Origin: an uncultured delta proteobacterium
GTDB lineage: Bacteria; Desulfobacterota; Binatia; DP-6
NCBI GenBank assembly: GCA_963815115.1
Contig: CAWFFN010000005.1
Span: 1,280,001 to 1,344,000 of the forward strand
Direction of reading: 5' to 3'
Length of the DNA: 64,000 nucleotides
Part shown: one piece after another, positions 52,271-63,526 of the stretch
How the letters are laid out: the number at the start of each line of letters is the position of its first letter
How positions within the stretch are numbered: position 1 is the first letter of the stretch
The notes under the pieces: generated by a model
What the model was told of the DNA's origin: nothing
Seen by the model: only the letters and a program-made list of their open reading frames with translations
The model's database searches: none
Translations under genes and position numbers: made by a program

Positions 52271-52894
52271 ATGCTCGGCCCCGACGAGCTGCGCCACATT
52301 GCGCGGGTGACGATCGGGAGCTACGACCGCCACGCCGACGGCTTCCGCGAGGGGACGAAGGACCACGACGTCAGCCAGAACGTGGACGCTCTGCTGTCGC
52401 GCCTCGACGGGCCGGGCCCGTTCGCGATCCTCGATCTCGGCTGTGGCCCCGGTCGCGATCTCGCGCGGTTTCGCGCCCTCGGCCACGAGGCCATCGGGCT
52501 CGACGGCGCGGCGCGCTTCGTCGCCATGGCGCGCGCCGACACCGGGTGCGAGGTGTGGCATCAGGACTTCCTGGCGCTCGACCTGCCGCCCGCGCGCTTC
52601 GACGGCATCTTCGCCAACGCCTCGCTCTTCCACGTCCCCGCGCAGGAGGTGCCGCGCGTCCTTCGCGAGCTCCAGGCGGCGCTCAGGCCGCGCGGCGTCC
52701 TCTTCGCGTCGAACCCGCACGGGCCCGACAGCGAGGGCTGGCAGGGCGAGCGCTACGGCGCCTGGCACGATCTCGCGACGTGGCGATGCCACGTGGCGGC
52801 GGCGGGCTTCGTCGAGCTCGACCATTACTACCGTCCGCCTGGACTGCCGCGCGGCCAGCAGCCCTGGCTCGCGACCGTGTGGCGGAAGGCCTGA
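52271..52894 (+). CDS. Class I SAM-dependent methyltransferase
   Basis: ILDLGCGPGRD, FDGIFANASLFHVP. Confidence 0.9.
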   Translation: MLGPDELRHIARVTIGSYDRHADGFREGTKDHDVSQNVDALLSRLDGPGPFAILDLGCGPGRDLARFRALGHEAIGLDGAARFVAMARADTGCEVWHQDFLALDLPPARFDGIFANASLFHVPAQEVPRVLRELQAALRPRGVLFASNPHGPDSEGWQGERYGAWHDLATWRCHVAAAGFVELDHYYRPPGLPRGQQPWLATVWRKA

Positions 52895-52920
52895 GCCGCG
52901 GCGAACGGCGAGCGTCCGAC

Positions 52921-53808
52921 GTGGCCCGGCTCCTCGACATCCTCGTGACACGGCATCCGGGCGCCTCGAAGCGCACGCTGCGGCAGATGCTGGCGCACGA
53001 GCGCGTCACCGTGGACGGCCGCACGGTCGTCCGCGCCGATGCGGAGATTCCGGAAGGCGCCCGGGTGGCCCTCGGGCGCAAGATGGTGGCCTCACCGGCG
53101 CCCGTCGCGGTCGACGTCGTCCATGAAGACCGCCATCTCCTCGTGATCGACAAGCCCGCCGGACTGCTCTCGGTGGCGTCGAGAGACGCCGGGCGAACGT
53201 CGGCATGGGCCGCCGTTCGCAGGTACCTTGCGGGCTCCGGCGAGGAGCCGTTCCTGGTTCACCGGCTGGACGAAGGTACCTCCGGGCTCCTCGTGTTCGC
53301 GAAGACGTCGGCCGTTCAGGAGTCGCTCCACGAGACGTTTGCGCGTCACGACGTCGAACGGGTCTATCTTGCGGTGGTCGACGGGCAGCCGGGCGCCGAC
53401 ACGGGTACCGTCGCGACCCGGCTGGTCGAATCCGATCGGCGTCCTTACAAGGTACGGAGCCTGCGCGGGGGTGATCCGCCGGAGGTCGCGAGCCGGGCCG
53501 AACGTGCCTGCACGCACTGGCAGGTGATCGGTCGCGATGGGGGCCGTGCGGCTCTCCTCGTCCGAGTCGAGACCGGCAAGAAGCATCAGATTCGCGTTCA
53601 CCTGTCGGACCTCGGCTGCCCGATCGTGGGCGACCGTGCCTACGGCGGCCCCGCCTTTCAGAGGCTCCTCCTGCATGCCGCGCTCCTGCGTTTCAGGCAC
53701 CCCGTGACCGGTGACCAGCTTCTGACCATCAGCCGGCCTGATCCCGCGTTCCGGCGCGCCTTTCCGGCGCTTCCGGACCCGCTGCCGCCGGGTTTCGGCG
53801 TCGAGTGA
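52921..53808 (+). CDS. RluA-family pseudouridine synthase
   Basis: IDKPAGL, VHRLDEGTSGL, TGKKHQIRVH, PIVGD..YG, LHA. Confidence 0.92.
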   Translation: MARLLDILVTRHPGASKRTLRQMLAHERVTVDGRTVVRADAEIPEGARVALGRKMVASPAPVAVDVVHEDRHLLVIDKPAGLLSVASRDAGRTSAWAAVRRYLAGSGEEPFLVHRLDEGTSGLLVFAKTSAVQESLHETFARHDVERVYLAVVDGQPGADTGTVATRLVESDRRPYKVRSLRGGDPPEVASRAERACTHWQVIGRDGGRAALLVRVETGKKHQIRVHLSDLGCPIVGDRAYGGPAFQRLLLHAALLRFRHPVTGDQLLTISRPDPAFRRAFPALPDPLPPGFGVE

Positions 53809-53850
53809 TCGGCCGAAGGAGCAGCCGGGGATCTTGCGTCCGACCGTCGC

Positions 53851-55264
53851 TCACGGGTGCGGGCGGATCGCGCCCGCCTGGGGCCAGTGCCCGAGCGCGT
53901 CGTAGGCGGCATATTTGTAGAGCTCGGAGAGGGTCGGATAGTTGAACACCATGCCGATCAAGGTCTCGACGGTGCCCTGGAGCGTCATGACGGCCTGGCC
54001 GATGTGCACGAGCTCCGTCGCGCGCTCGCCGATGCAATGGCAGCCGATGAGCATGCGGCTGGCCGGGTCGAAGACGAGCTTGATCATCCCGTCGCGGTCG
54101 CCCACGATCTGCCCGCGGGCGTTCTGCTGGTAGAAGGCTTTCCCCACCACGGGCACGTAGCCGGCGTCCCGCGCCGCCGATTCGCCGTAGCCGACGCAGG
54201 ACACCTCGGGAATGGTATAGATGCCGTACGGCAGCAGCTCGCCCAGCTGCCGCTTGTAGGGGAAGGCGAAGGCGCGGCAGACGGCGACACGGCCCTGGTC
54301 CATCGAGGTGGAGGCGAGGGCGGGGAAGCCGATGCAGTCTCCCGCGGCGAAGATGTTCGGGACGCTCGTCCGGTAGCTGGCGTCCACTTCCACGTAGTCG
54401 CGCTTGCCGACCTTCACACCGATCGCATCGAGGCCGAGCCCGCGGATGTTGCCGGAACGTCCGGCGGCGAACAGGAGCTGGTCGGACACCACCTCGCCAC
54501 CGCCCTTGAGCGTGGTGACGATGCCGCGACCGGGGACGCGGCGCACCCCCGACCAGGCATCGCCGAGGTGGGCGGTGACGCCGAGCCCGCTCATCGCCTT
54601 GAGGAGTCCCACACCGATGTCGTCGTCGAGGAACGGCAGGATGTGATCGCGCGGCTCGACCAGCTGGACGGGCACGCCGAGGGCCGCGAACATCGTGGCG
54701 TACTCGCAGCCGATGACACCGGCACCGAGGACCGTCAGCGAGCGCGGCATGCGATCGAAGTGCAGCACCGTGTCCGAGTCCTCGATGTCGGGGTCGCTGA
54801 AGTCGATGTCCGCGGGACGGTGGGGCACGGAGCCCGTGGCGATGAGGACCACGTCACCGGTGATGCGCTCCGCGTCCGTCCGGACGGACGACTTCGATCA
54901 CATGGGGATCGAGGAAGCGCGCGCGGCCGGCGACCATGGTGACGCCGTGGCGATCGAGGTTCGCGCGGATGCGCGCCACCTCGGCCCGTCGTACGGCGTC
55001 CTTCCGGCTGAGCAGCCGCGGGGCGGCGAGCTCGGGCGTGATCGCCACGCTGATGCCGTAGAGCTCGCGCTGATGGTAGCCGGAGAGATACACGCTGGTC
55101 TCGCGCAGCGTCTTCGACGGCAGGGTGCCCGTGTGCACCGCTGCGCCTCCGGGCTCGGCCTCGCACTCGACGACGGCCACCTTCTTCCCGAAGTAGGCTG
55201 CCTGCGCGGCGCCCTTCTCGCCGGCGGGGCCGCTGCCGATGACGATCAAGTCGAAGGCGGCGAT
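53851..55264 (-). pseudogene. sthA: Soluble pyridine nucleotide transhydrogenase, frameshifted near 54875, apparent start ATC
   Basis: GSGPAGEKGA, HTGTLPSKTLRE; second frame IATGS, GAGVIGCEYA, GFPALASTSMDQGR, FNYPTL. Confidence 0.88.
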
Positions 55265-55275
55265 GGTCCCGTCTC

Positions 55276-56199
55276 CTAGAAGGAGTAGCGCAGCGCGACG
55301 ACGACGTGCGCGGCGAGCAGCACGAGCAGGGCCGCCGTGAGCGGAACGTGCAGGAACAGCCAGCCGTGGAGCCAGTGGTGCAGCCGGCGCTGCACGGCGA
55401 GATCGCGGCGCTCGGCCGCGATGTCGGCGAGATCGCGCGCCGCCTCGTGCAGCGATTTGGGAAGCTCGCGGCAGAGCCCTTCGATGGTGCGAGCCGCCAC
55501 CGCGGCGTCCGCGAACGGTCCGCGCCGGCCGTCGCCACGCAGGAACGGGCGCACCATCTCCACGTAGAACCGCCGCAGGGGCTCGGAGCCCTCGGCCGGT
55601 GCGTCGGCGGGTCGGTAGGCCGCGACACGGCGGGCCATCTTGGGATCGGAATGGATGCGCTCGCTCTCCTTCCTCTCCTCTGCCGCCTCGGGAATCGGGC
55701 CGCACACGGCCGCCGCCGTCTCGTAGGCTTCGAGACCGAGCAGGCCGACCACGTGGGGAATCTGCTCGTAGACCGTCTCGCCGGGAGCCCACGCGGACAT
55801 CAAGCGCGGCACGAACTGCTGCAGCGCGAGGCCGTACACGCCCGAGACGATGACGGCGAAGGCGAGGAGGGAGAGGGCGAGGGCGAGCGTGCCCTGGAAG
55901 CGGAAGGCGCTATGGAAGCACACCAGGGGAACGATGAGGAGCCCGAGCCACACGTGTCCCTTGAGCCAGGTCTCGGCGCGCCCGATTCGCCACGTGGGCA
56001 GGCGCTTGCGGACGTTGAGCCCGACCTCGAACAGCATGAGCGTGGCGGCGGCGATGCCGAACCACAGGCCCGGCCCGCGCGACCAGGTCAGCTCGCGTCC
56101 GGCGCCGGGGCGCGAGCGTACGTAGCCGACCGTCGCCGCCGTGCCCAGGACCGCTGCGGCGACGATCCAGCGCCGCTGGCGAGCGTCAATCAGTGCCAT
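55276..56199 (-). CDS. Membrane protein with four His, ferric-reductase/cytochrome b-like
   Basis: WLKGHVWLG, CFHSAF, SGVYG, WLFLHVPL, AAHVV in hydrophobic helices. Confidence 0.75.
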   Translation of the reverse strand: MALIDARQRRWIVAAAVLGTAATVGYVRSRPGAGRELTWSRGPGLWFGIAAATLMLFEVGLNVRKRLPTWRIGRAETWLKGHVWLGLLIVPLVCFHSAFRFQGTLALALSLLAFAVIVSGVYGLALQQFVPRLMSAWAPGETVYEQIPHVVGLLGLEAYETAAAVCGPIPEAAEERKESERIHSDPKMARRVAAYRPADAPAEGSEPLRRFYVEMVRPFLRGDGRRGPFADAAVAARTIEGLCRELPKSLHEAARDLADIAAERRDLAVQRRLHHWLHGWLFLHVPLTAALLVLLAAHVVVALRYSF

Positions 56200-58445
56200 G
56201 CTTACCTGCGACTCCGATGGTGGTGGCGAAGAACTCGCGAGGGTTCTCCACCCGCACCGCCGCGCCGTGGGGGCATGCCACCACGCAGCTCGGGTCCTGG
56301 TCCGGAGCGAGGTTCTTGCAGAGATCGCAGGCGGTTGCCTTCTTCTCGCGTGCCACGGCCTTGCGAGGTCCCGGGCGCTGGCGATCGTCGCCCTTCACAT
56401 CGAACTCGTGCATGCTGATGTTGCCATACGGGCAGTTGTCCGCGCACACGCCGCAGCCGACGCACCAGTTCTCGATGTATATCTCGAGCGTGTCTCGACG
56501 CCGGATCGATCCCACGGGGCATCCCACCATGCACAGCGGGTCGCGGCACTGTCGGCAGGACGTGGCGACGAGGTAGTTGTCGTAGCGCAGTCCCTCGCGG
56601 ATGAGCCGCGTCACGCCGTCGTGGGCCGTGGCACACGCTTGCACGCAGAGGTCGCAGCGCGTGCAGCGGTCGAGGTCGAGCACGAGGAGGCTCTGGGCCT
56701 CCATGAGCCCTTGCTGGAGAAAATCTTCGAGCTCGACGTTGCTGGTCGTGGCGGCGATCAGGCGGTTCTCCCCGGCGCGCCGCTCGGCCTCGGCGACGAG
56801 CCGGTCCTTCACCGCGGGGAGAGTGCTCGAGCATCGTCCAGAAGTCGTCGGCAGCGATGCGTACGACATCGACATGGTCGACGGCGATGCAGCTCGCGTT
56901 CCGCGGCTTGTCGAGCAGCAGGCCCATCTCCCCGAAGAAACCGCCGCGCCCGTGGTAGGCGCGTACCAGCTCGCCCCCGGGGAGTCCCACGACGACCTTC
57001 ACGAAGCCGAGGCGCACCAGGTAGAAGGCATCGGCCGGGTCGCCCTGCTTGAAGATGGCCTGGCCCGGCTCGAAGCTCTTCAGCGTGACGCGCTTGCCCA
57101 GGTCGTGGATGAAATCGGCGTCGAGGTCCGCCAGGCACCAGACTCCGCGCAGATGCGTCGCGATGGTGCGGTTGCGGTAGCGGGCGTCGACCTGCGCAGC
57201 GAAGGCCTTCGAGCGACGAAGCAGCTGGAGCACGGGACGCAGCATCTCCAGCACGACGGTGTCTTTCGTGGCCGTCACCGTGGCCGAGCGGGGGTAGAAG
57301 TTGAGGCACGTCATCTCTCCGAAGAGCTCACCGGGGGGGAGTCGGGCCACCGGCTCCGCACGCAACAAGTCTACGGGGGCGTCGATCGGAATCGTGGCGC
57401 CTGGGGCCTCGTCGTCATCCTCTCGGCCGAGCATGCTCCTCATCCCGAGCGCGAACCGCCGGAGCATCCCGGGGCCGGTGCGGTTGTGCACGCGGGACTG
57501 GGTCGTGGAGATGCTCACCTCGACCTCGCCCTCGAGGATGAAGAACGCGGTTGAGCCGAAGTCGCCCTCCTTGCAGATGGGCTCGTCGTCCCTGGGGCTC
57601 AGCCGTCGACGGACCACTGCGCCCTCGTTCTTGCCGATGGGACCGAGCGCCTTCTCGAGGAAGCGGGGGGCTATGCCCTCGAATAGCCGGGTGCCGTCGG
57701 GCCAGCGCAGGCCGAGCAGTACCTCCGCGCCGACCGGCTCGCCGGGGATCCTTGCGTCACCGAACCCCTTGTTCGTGAGCGCGCCGGTCGGGCAGGACAC
57801 CATGCACTCCCCGCACGACACGCAGGTCGACTCGCCCATGACCTGGCCCGCGTCGAACGTGATCACGGTGGCGTTGCCCTTGCCGGCGCGTCCGATGACG
57901 TTGTTGTGCGCGACGTCCGTGCACGCGCGCACGCAGCGGTCGCACACGATGCACGCCGCGTGGTCGACGGCGATGTTCGGGTGCGAGTCGTCGTGCGGCG
58001 TCCAGCCTGCGATCGGCGGCCGCTTGGGCGGTCCGGGGCGGTAGCGGTCGGGCAGGGCACCCAGCTCGCGCGCCTTCGCCTCGAGCTCGCAGTCGTTCGT
58101 CTCCCGCTCCCGGGCGCACGGGGAAGGATGATCGGCCATCAGCAGCTCGACGAGCGTGCGCCGGACCCTTTGCACCTCCTCGCTGCCGGTGGAGATCACC
58201 ATACCCGCCGACAGCTCGCGCGCGCAGGCTGCCGCCATGACGTTCTCGCGCGCGAGCTTGCCGTCGCGCGGAACGCGCACCTCGACGCAGCACACCCGGC
58301 AGACGCCGGCCGGCTGCTGCGGTGGCAGGTGGCATACCGTCGGGATCGTGATCCCGAGCGTCTGGGCGGCATCGAAGATCGTCGTGCCGGGGGGGACCTT
58401 CACCACCCGGCCGTCGATCGTCGCCTCGATGGGCTGGTCGCTCAC
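56186..58445 (-). pseudogene. Fusion: NuoG/FdhF-like Fe-S module + two cNMP-binding domains + 4x[4Fe-4S] ferredoxin; frameshift near 56818
   Basis: IPTVCH..GVCRVC..AAC; CIVCDRCVRAC; CVSCGECMVSCP; FGEM..PRSA, FGEM..PRNA; CTRCDLCVQAC, CRQCRDPLCMVGCP, CVGCGVCADNCP, CDLC..CVVACP. Confidence 0.85.
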
Positions 58446-60179
58446 GCCGCTCCTCCGGCGGCCGCCAGCGCCGGCCGCATCGGACACGTGCCCGCCGGGC
58501 AGCGGCTTTCCTGGAGGTGGGCGTTCACCTCGTCCTCGAAGTGCTGCATCATGGACGTGACCGGTGCCGGCACCACCTGACCGAGTCCGCAGATCGAGGT
58601 CTGACGGAGCGTCAGGGCGAGGTCGCCGACCACCGCGAGCCCCGCGGCTCCTGCGCGACCCTCGGTCACCGCTTCCAGCAGGTGGACGATCTTCTCCGAG
58701 CCCACGCGGCAGGGCCAGCACTTGCCGCACGACTCGCGCGCGAAGAAGCGCGCGATGTTGAGTGCGAGGTCGACCATGCAGCGGCCCTCCGCCACGGCGA
58801 CGATGGCGCACGATCCCACCATCGAGCCCTGCTTGGCGAGCGCGCCCCACTCCATGGGCGTATCGGCGAGGTGTGCCGGCAAGAAGCCCGACGAGGCCCC
58901 GGACGGCACCACGGCCTTGAGCTTGCGGCCGCCGCGCACCCCGCCGCCCCAGCGCTCGATGATCTCGCGCAGCGTGGTGCCGAAGGGCACCTCGTAGACC
59001 CCGGGCCGCTCGACGTCGCCGCTCAGCCCGACGAACTTGTAGCCTGCGGCGTCCGCCGTGCCGAGGGCGCGATACCAGCTGGCGCCGCGCAGCACGATCG
59101 ACGGCACGTGCGCCAGCGTCTCCACGTTGTTGACGACGGTCGGCATGTCGAAGAGGCCGTGGAAGACCGGGATGGAGGGCTTCAGCCGGGGCTGGCCTCG
59201 CTTCCCCTCGAGCGCCTCGAGCAGCGCCGTCTCCTCGCCGCAGATGTAGCCGCCGGGGCTGACGAAGATCTCGAGATCGAAGGCGAAGTCGGAGCCGAGC
59301 ATCCGCTGGCCGAGCGCACCCTCGGCCTGGGCGAGCTTGATGGCGCGGTGCAGCGCCTCGGCTTCCCGGGCATACTCGTGGCGGATGTAGATGATGCCCT
59401 GGCGCGCGCCGCTCACGACGCCGGCGATGGCCATGCCCTCGATCAGCAGATGCGGCGCCCAGGTGATGATGCCGCGGTCCTTGATGGTGGCGGGCTCGCT
59501 CTCGTCGGCATTGCAGACGATGTATTTCCGCGTCACCTGCTGGTCGCGGACCGTTCGCCACTTCCTCACGGCCAGAAAGCCGGCGCCTCCCATGCCCTTC
59601 AGCTGCGCCGTCTCGAGCTCGGCGAGCACCGCGTCGGCGCCGCTGTCGAGGACGCGGCGCAACGCGGCCCAGCGCTGGTGCTGCCCGTCGGCGTACGGGT
59701 CGGCGTGCTGGATCGCGACTGCGGGCGACGATGCGGCCTCCGGGAGCGCCTCGTTGTCGCGCAGGGCACGGATGAGCACGTCCATCCCACCGGCATCCAG
59801 GCGCCAGTAGGGTGCGTCGTTCACGGTGAGCGCGGGTGCGCCGTCGCACCGTCCGAGACAGGAGACGCGCTCGACGGTCACCTCGCCGGCTGGCCGCGCT
59901 CGCGCCGGCGGCCTCGACGTCGTGGAGGAGCGACTCCGCCCCGCGAAGACGGCACGAGAGATCGGTGCACACCCGGACGTCTCGTGTCGGCGGCGGCGCG
60001 AGGCGGAAGTGCGGGTAGAAGGTCGCGACGCCGTGCAGGCGGTAGATGGGGACGTCCAGCTCCGCGGCCAGGGCACGCAGCGTGGCGGGCGTCAGGTAAT
60101 CGCCGTTCCGGCGTTGCGCCTCCTCGAGCGCCTCCATCAGGTGCGCGTCGGTCAGGCGAGCGTCCGGAGCCTCTACCAT
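58442..60179 (-). pseudogene. NuoE+NuoF-like fused NAD(P)H diaphorase; frameshift near 59900
   Basis: VATFY, VCTDLSC, SCLGRC; GMGGAGF, NADESEP..KDR, YICGEETALL, ESCGKCWPCR..ICGLG. Confidence 0.88.
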
Positions 60180-60242
60180 CTGATCAGATATCCCTACCCC
60201 GTTTCCTAGAACACCAGCCCGTTCCCTGACAAGTCGATGCTC

Positions 60243-61679
60243 CTAGTTGCCACGAGTGAGTCCCTGGATATCGAAACGTCCATTCATCTCGTCGGGCCCG
60301 ATCGCCGCGTGGTAGGTGTGGCACTCGGAGCAGGCCGTCCCCGCGCTGCCCGGGCGGTGGCATCGTGCGCAGATATCGCGGCCCGGCAGCAGGAGGTCCG
60401 CCGTGTCCCTGCTCTCCTTCGCGTTGGCGTGGCAGGCGAGGCACCCGAGCTGACGATGGACACCATGATCGAAACGGCTCTGGGGGAACCAGCGGATTGG
60501 GACTCGAGTCGGCGCCACGCTCGGGAGGCCCGAGTCGGGGGCGGCGATCATGGTATGGCATTGCTTGCAGTAGCAGGACTCGCTGAAGAGCACGCGCTCG
60601 GCGGTCGCGACTCGCTCGGCGATCCAGGCGTCTCGGTCCGGCGCACTGCGCGCGGTCGCTCCGCCTGGGAACGGCCGCGGCCTGGGCGTGCCGCGAAGTT
60701 CGCCGGGATGTCGGGCGATGTAGTCGGCGTAGAGGCCCTTCAGGAAGGTGTGGACCACGGCAGGCGTATCGTGGGGGACGACGATGCTGGGGGGAAAGCG
60801 ATCGTCGGCGAACGTATTCGGGTGACACGCGGCACAGTGCTGGGCGTAGCGCACGGGCGCCATGTAGGGAGTGGTCTCGGCCGGAGCGAGCTCGGGTTTG
60901 ACCGGCGGTGCCCACCCCGCGGGCAGCTTGCCGAAGAGCGGAGTCGCCATGGACGTCGTCCCCCAGTGGCAGTTTCCGCAAACGAGCTGCACCCGGAAGT
61001 TGTTCTCGGGCCCGACGAAGTTGGCGGTGAGGTGGGTGGCGTGGTTCAGCTTGAGCTGCGCCATGTCGCGGGGCGCTGGCACGTCATCGAGTGCTTCGCG
61101 GTGCGGGTGCTCGGGGTCTCCCGTCCACACGGCGAACTCGGGGTGCAACGCGTTGTCCCGGGTCGCGAAAGCATGGATCTTCTGCGCGTCCCCTCGCAGC
61201 ACGAAGGCCGGCGGGCCCTTGGTGTGCTGCGGCAGGTCGGCGTGGCAATCGGTGCACGCAGCCGTCGAGACGGCGGAGAGGTTCGGGGCGGCGCGATGCT
61301 CGGTGTGGCAGGTCGCACACGGCGGCGTGGAGTCCTGGTTCGGGTGGTGAACCGGCACGTCGTGGCACGTCTGGCACGCCGCGTCGGTGGCACGCCGGAA
61401 ATGCGGCGGCTCGGCGTCGGTGGCGGTCCCGTGTGCGAGGTCGCGAGCCGCGATGTGGCACGCGGCGCAGTCCTCCTCGTACATCGCGTGCGCTCTCGCG
61501 AGACGGCCCGGAGACGCAGGGTGGGCACGTCCGCCGAGCATCGGTGCGATCCAGAGCGCGGCGGCGGCGAGTGCAGCGAGCGTCAGCCACACCCGCAGGC
61601 TGCGAAACCAGTGCCGGCGCAGGTAGTAGTCTCGCTCGATGCGCTGGGCGCGAAGCTTCGCTTTGCGCTGGCGGGCCAT
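60243..61679 (-). CDS. Membrane-anchored decaheme cytochrome c
   Basis: Ten CxxCH motifs counted; N-terminal basic stretch plus hydrophobic helix; SPGRLARAH, FDHGVH. Confidence 0.9.
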   Translation of the reverse strand: MARQRKAKLRAQRIERDYYLRRHWFRSLRVWLTLAALAAAALWIAPMLGGRAHPASPGRLARAHAMYEEDCAACHIAARDLAHGTATDAEPPHFRRATDAACQTCHDVPVHHPNQDSTPPCATCHTEHRAAPNLSAVSTAACTDCHADLPQHTKGPPAFVLRGDAQKIHAFATRDNALHPEFAVWTGDPEHPHREALDDVPAPRDMAQLKLNHATHLTANFVGPENNFRVQLVCGNCHWGTTSMATPLFGKLPAGWAPPVKPELAPAETTPYMAPVRYAQHCAACHPNTFADDRFPPSIVVPHDTPAVVHTFLKGLYADYIARHPGELRGTPRPRPFPGGATARSAPDRDAWIAERVATAERVLFSESCYCKQCHTMIAAPDSGLPSVAPTRVPIRWFPQSRFDHGVHRQLGCLACHANAKESRDTADLLLPGRDICARCHRPGSAGTACSECHTYHAAIGPDEMNGRFDIQGLTRGN

Positions 61680-61688
61680 GCCGGCTTC

Positions 61689-63442
61689 TCAGCGGGTCGT
61701 CGGGCGGCGGGGAAACTTGACGAAGGGAAGGCGCACGTTCCGGACCTTCACGCGATCGGAGCGCATGTCCGCGGGCGGCCGGAATCCGCGGCCGGCGGCG
61801 AAGGAGATGATGTCGTCCTGATCGACGCCGTCGCCGCTCACCCCGGCACCCCCGATGAGCCTCCGACCTCGGTAGAGGGGTACGCTGCCGGGGAAGATCT
61901 GGATGCCATTGCCGATGCCGGGGATGGTGCTGCACGGCGATACGATCAGTCCCACCGTCAGGAGCATGACAAGGGCGCCCGAACACGAGGTCGATCTGCA
62001 GCCCGTCATTGAAAATGCTGAAGTCGCCGATGGGCACCGAGAAGGGACCGTGGAAGGTCCCGTCGATTCCGTCCGGGAAGAACGGACGGCTGAGGAATCC
62101 GCCTGCCCGGTCGCTGAAGGCGACGCTGCCGTCGAGGTCGATGCCCTCGCGACGCGCCGCTTCAACGAATTGGTCGAGATTGATTGAGGAGTCGGACGCT
62201 GCTGCGCAGTCGAGCACCCGCCTGCGAGCTGCTGAAGAACGCCGCCGTACGGCCCTTCTGCGCTGAGACGTCGAACCCGAACGTCGGGGCGTCCTGCGTG
62301 CGGAAGATGCCGAGTATGTTTCCGGCTCGGTCGACGATCGTGATGTTGACGCGCGCCCGGTCGCCCAGGGGCCGGCGGATGCCGGCTCGCGTGCGGTTCG
62401 CCTGGTGGGCGCCTTGCTTCAGCAAGCGCTGCACCTGCGCGGCCGTGAGCCCCGGCCCGGGCGGCGGATCGATGCTGTCGCGGGGTGGGTAGTAGCGCGG
62501 GTCGACGGTCCCCTTCACGCCACCCAGGGTAGCCGGAACGAATCGGCTTGGCGGCGTATCGATCGGAGCGACGTCCCCCGGACCGAAGGTGACCGTGGCC
62601 GCGGGAACGATCGGTGTCTCATCGAGATTCGAGAACGGGAAGCGGAGGCCGTTCACCAGGATCTGGTCGCCGCGGATGAAGGCCGGTGCCTCGTACCCGC
62701 GCGTCGCCGCCACCGCGATGCGTTCCTCGTCGGTCACCTCGAGATCGGTCGGGTTGCGATCCACCGTGTAGCGCCCGTTCCCCTCCACCCCGACACCACC
62801 GGCGGCTCGCCCATTCTTGTACAGCGGGAGGCCGCCCGGGTCGGCCGAGAGGCCGAGCGGCAGCGTTCCAGCCGGCAGTGGCAGCAGCGGCGGAGGTAGC
62901 GTGACCCCGGGCCGCGGGATGACATCGCCGCACGGCAGCTGGGAGAACTGCACGCCGAAGAGCGGGCCGCTCGACGTGTTCCGGATCAGGGGCGGAAAAT
63001 GTTGCTGGATGATGAAGCCGGCCGTCCGAGTCGTGAACGCGTTGCCCTGGGTGCTGAAGAAAGCTGCCGTGCCCCCCTTCGAGAGCGCCGCCAGCATGGC
63101 GAAGTTGACCTGGCACACCGGTGGCCCGGGCGGCGGTATGTCCGGAAAGCATGGGGGTTGAGGGGGCAGGGTCGTTCCGTCGAGCCCCTGTGGGTTCTTG
63201 GCGCCACCGTCGATCCTGATGGACTGATCCGCCCCGTCCATCACGTGCGTCCCCAGCACGTTCCCCTCGCGGTCGAGCACCGCGATGTTGACGGGTAGTC
63301 CGACGCGCTGCGCCTCGCTCACCGCCTGGCCGATGACGCGCGTGACGTCCGCGGCCGTCAGCGTCTGAGACGCCGCGGGCGCGGTCAGCGCCACGGCACC
63401 GGCCAAGCACGCGCCGGTCAGCGTCGGCAGCCGAGCCCGCAC
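61689..63442 (-). pseudogene. Secreted tandem GlcG/HbpS-like heme-binding protein, frameshifts near 62185 and 61978
   Basis: IAVLDREGNVLG, ADPGGLPLYKNG..GGVGV; ITIVDRAGNILG, VSAQKGRTA; FPGSVPLY..GGAGVSGDGVDQDD spread over three frames. Confidence 0.82.
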
Positions 63443-63526
63443 GCGGGCTTGCTTAGCGAATGTGGACCGAACACGCAAGATTTGGTATGCGCGCCCGACA
63501 TTCACGACGAATCTGGAGACCCAGGT

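Noticed and set aside
56202-60179. 1325-aa ORF as a single protein
   Set aside because: Artefact of the 59900 frameshift; its middle is out-of-frame text over the NuoF-like gene, and the second gene has its own GTG at 58445.
56186-60179. Complex I, [FeFe]-hydrogenase or formate dehydrogenase
   Set aside because: No other nuo subunits, H-cluster motifs or molybdopterin domain in the window.
54854-62164. Selenocysteine readthrough of the TGA stops at 54854 and 62162
   Set aside because: Homology continues in a different frame, so these are frameshift stops.
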